Positions 30,762 to 32,000 of a DNA stretch of 32,000 nt are shown one piece after another. The stretch comes from Candidatus Saccharimonadota bacterium. GTDB taxonomy: Bacteria; Pseudomonadota; Gammaproteobacteria; Enterobacterales; Enterobacteriaceae. The notes beneath the pieces were generated by a model. It ran no database searches and had not been told where the DNA came from. It worked only from the letters and a program-made list of their open reading frames with translations. The stretch is taken from positions 510,001 through 542,000 of the forward strand of contig NZ_CP046533.1 of NCBI RefSeq assembly GCF_014857065.1, read 5' to 3'. The position numbers and the translations under genes were made by a program. Each line of letters begins with the position of its first letter. Position 1 is the first letter of the stretch.

Positions 30762-30838
30762 TTTTGTTATTGTTTTTATTTTTAGTAACTGAATTTTATT
30801 CGTTAATTAATTGAATTGTTTTAAAATGATTTAGCTAT

Positions 30839-30912
30839 GCGCTCGTAGCTCAACAGGATAGAGCGTTGTCTTCCGGAGGCAGAGGTTTCAGGTTCAAGTC
30901 CTGTCGAGCGCG
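30839..30912 (+). tRNA. argX: tRNA-Arg (anticodon CCG)
   Basis: GCGCTCGTAGCTCAACAGGATAGAGCGTTGTCTTCCGGAGGCAGAGGTTTCAGGTTCAAGTCCTGTCGAGCGCG is close to E. coli argX, with acceptor GCGCTCG/CGAGCGC paired. It is the first gene of the conserved argX-hisR-leuT-proM cluster. No CCA is encoded. Confidence 0.92.
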
Positions 30913-30980
30913 TTCTAATGAATGTAGATATTCGATTTGGTTTTTTGTTACTTGATCTATTTTTGAAAATAATAGAATAT

Positions 30981-31054
30981 GGTGATTGTAGCTCAGTTGG
31001 TAGAGCACTGGATTGTGGTTCCAGTTGTCGTGGGTTCGATTCCCATCAGTCACC
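30981..31054 (+). tRNA. hisR: tRNA-His (anticodon GUG), with the extra G(-1)
   Basis: G-GTGATTG...CTGGATTGTGGTTCCAG...GTGGGTTCGATTCCCATCAGTCAC-C is close to E. coli hisR, and G-1 pairs with C73. It is followed by CAA, so CCA is not fully encoded. Confidence 0.92.
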
Positions 31055-31092
31055 CAAGAAAGGGTATTTATCGAAAATTTGTATCTGGTCAA

Positions 31093-31183
31093 GCGAAGGT
31101 GGCGAAATGGGTAGACGCGCTAGTTTCAGGAATTAGTGTCGAAAATAATAAAGACTGTGAGGGTTCGAATCCCTCTCTTCGCA
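31093..31183 (+). tRNA. leuT: tRNA-Leu (anticodon CAG), class II, with an enlarged variable arm
   Basis: The acceptor GCGAAGG/TCTTCGC, D arm TGGCGAAATGGGTAGACGCG, anticodon arm CTAGT-TTCAGGA-ATTAG and T arm GAGGG-TTCGAAT-CCCTC are close to E. coli leuT. The variable region 31137..31158 is 22 nt, against about 15 nt in E. coli. No CCA is encoded. Confidence 0.88.
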
Positions 31184-31214
31184 TGTATTTTCTTTTTTTT
31201 TGCGTTTAATTATT

Positions 31215-31288
31215 CGGCGAGTAGCGCAGCTTGGTAGCGCAGCTGGTTTGGGACCAGTTGGTCGGGGGTTCAAATCCTCTCTCGCCGA
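31215..31288 (+). tRNA. proM: tRNA-Pro (anticodon UGG)
   Basis: CGGCGAGTAGCGCAGCTTGGTAGCGCAGCTGGTTTGGGACCAGTTGGTCGGGGGTTCAAATCCTCTCTCGCCGA is near-identical to E. coli proM. No CCA is encoded. Confidence 0.93.
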
Positions 31289-31353
31289 TAAGAGATTATA
31301 ATTTGATTTTTTGTTTTTATTTAAATATAAATTTTCAAAATAAACAGTATATA

Positions 31354-31377
31354 CTAATTTCTAATTTCTAATTTCTA
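31354..31377. repeat. short tandem repeat (CTAATTT) x 3.4
   Basis: CTAATTTCTAATTTCTAATTTCTA read directly in the tRNA-Pro / hemD spacer. Confidence 0.85.
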
Positions 31378-31499
31378 TAGATAGTTAATTGATTTTAAAT
31401 GCTAATTTTTTTAGATTGTATTGAGGATTTATATAGCATTTACATACATGAGAATATATAGTAATCATTCAGTTTGGCAGTATATTTTATAATTTGTTA

Positions 31500-32000
31500 T
31501 TATATATTCAGTAATAATTTTATTAAATCTTTATTGTTGGCTGTTTTTGCCATTACAATATCTTTCCACCCTAATCGTTTAGCTATATAAGCTAAACGAT
31601 TACTTACTACTATTAATTTACAGCAGATTAACCAAGATTTTCTATGATTTTTTGGTAATAAGTAATATAGTTGTTTTAGCATTTCTCCACTAGTAACCAC
31701 TAGTGTATTGATGCCCAGTTTTATCATTCGATTGCCTTGCTCTTCTCCATTGTAATTTATTTGTTTTCTATAATAACATTCACAGTATTCTACTTTTACT
31801 CCTCTTTTTTTAAGTACATTTCCAAGTTTTTTACGACCATTTTTACCTTGTAGTATTAATGCTCGTTTTCCATGTATGTTTGTTAATGTTGGTAAAAGTA
31901 ATAAGTTTTCACTGCTTTCACCATTTTTAGGGAAGTTTACTGATAATCCTGTTAGTTTATTCATTAATAATCCACTAGATCTGCCGATCGAATAGTATTT
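31500..32000 (-). CDS. hemD: uroporphyrinogen-III synthase, 3' part; the reading frame stays open to the right edge of the window
   Basis: The track lists 31500..31964 from an internal Met. The frame stays open upstream (..KYYSIGRSSGLLMNKLTG..) and aligns with E. coli HemD from ..YFAIGRTTALAL.. onward. GKRALILQGKNGR, VEYCECY, LVVTSGEMLKQLY and LIVVSNRLAYIAKRLGW match it. Confidence 0.88.
   Translation of the reverse strand, partial: KYYSIGRSSGLLMNKLTGLSVNFPKNGESSENLLLLPTLTNIHGKRALILQGKNGRKKLGNVLKKRGVKVEYCECYYRKQINYNGEEQGNRMIKLGINTLVVTSGEMLKQLYYLLPKNHRKSWLICCKLIVVSNRLAYIAKRLGWKDIVMAKTANNKDLIKLLLNI

Noticed and set aside
30850-31209. Three ORFs (30850..31092-, 30918..31136+, 30979..31209+) in the region after rho.
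   Set aside because: They run straight through tRNA-Arg, tRNA-His and tRNA-Leu. The GC-richer tRNA sequence simply lacks stop codons.
31289-31499. A possible remnant of the GlmZ sRNA, or of hemX/hemY, between tRNA-Pro and hemD (the E. coli-syntenic position).
   Set aside because: I saw no similarity to the E. coli GlmZ sequence as I remember it. There is also no GC-rich terminator and no ORF.

Overview
The window is very AT-rich (roughly 70% A+T by eye, not computed) and gene-dense, with no mobile DNA. It reads as core chromosome of an obligate, reduced-genome Enterobacterales endosymbiont. Gene content and composition fit a 'Candidatus Blochmannia'-like insect symbiont: ilvGMED plus ilvC, metB/metF and cysE sit alongside a minimal LPS inner-core gene set. 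The organism call is inference only.

I can support 31 protein genes (two truncated by the window edges) and 7 tRNA genes. They form three blocks, each collinear with E. coli K-12:
- Block 1: dut-coaBC / rpmB-rpmG-mutM / coaD-waaA-waaC-waaF-hldD / yibN-grxC-secB-gpsA-cysE.
- Block 2: pfkA / tpiA / fpr / rpmE / metB-metF / murI.
- Block 3: tRNA-Ala, tRNA-Asp-tRNA-Trp, yifE(maoP), ilvG-ilvM-ilvE-ilvD, ilvC, trxA, rho, tRNA-Arg-His-Leu-Pro, hemD.

Between the conserved genes lie ORF-free AT-rich spacers of 0.2-0.75 kb, exactly where E. coli carries genes that are absent here (yicR, the waa outer-core cluster, metL, ilvA/ilvY and others).

I found no CRISPR array, IS element, phage, toxin-antitoxin or defence locus, and no convincing novel multi-gene system. 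The window is essentially ordinary endosymbiont housekeeping DNA.

Observations worth a second look:
- A 64-bp perfect spacer-free palindrome built from the 3' end of ilvD, at the site of the missing ilvA.
- An 'rRNA operon without rRNA genes' (tRNA-Ala(UGC) ... tRNA-Asp-tRNA-Trp) at a synteny breakpoint.
- A C-terminally truncated CysE lacking the CysK-docking/feedback tail.
- A thioredoxin with a WCNPC active site instead of WCGPC.
- Many in-frame A9-A10 tracts in lagging-strand genes.
- All seven tRNA genes lack an encoded 3' CCA.
- A tRNA-Leu with an expanded A-rich variable arm.

Several ORF-track starts are too far upstream. I corrected them from N-terminal homology and Shine-Dalgarno position.
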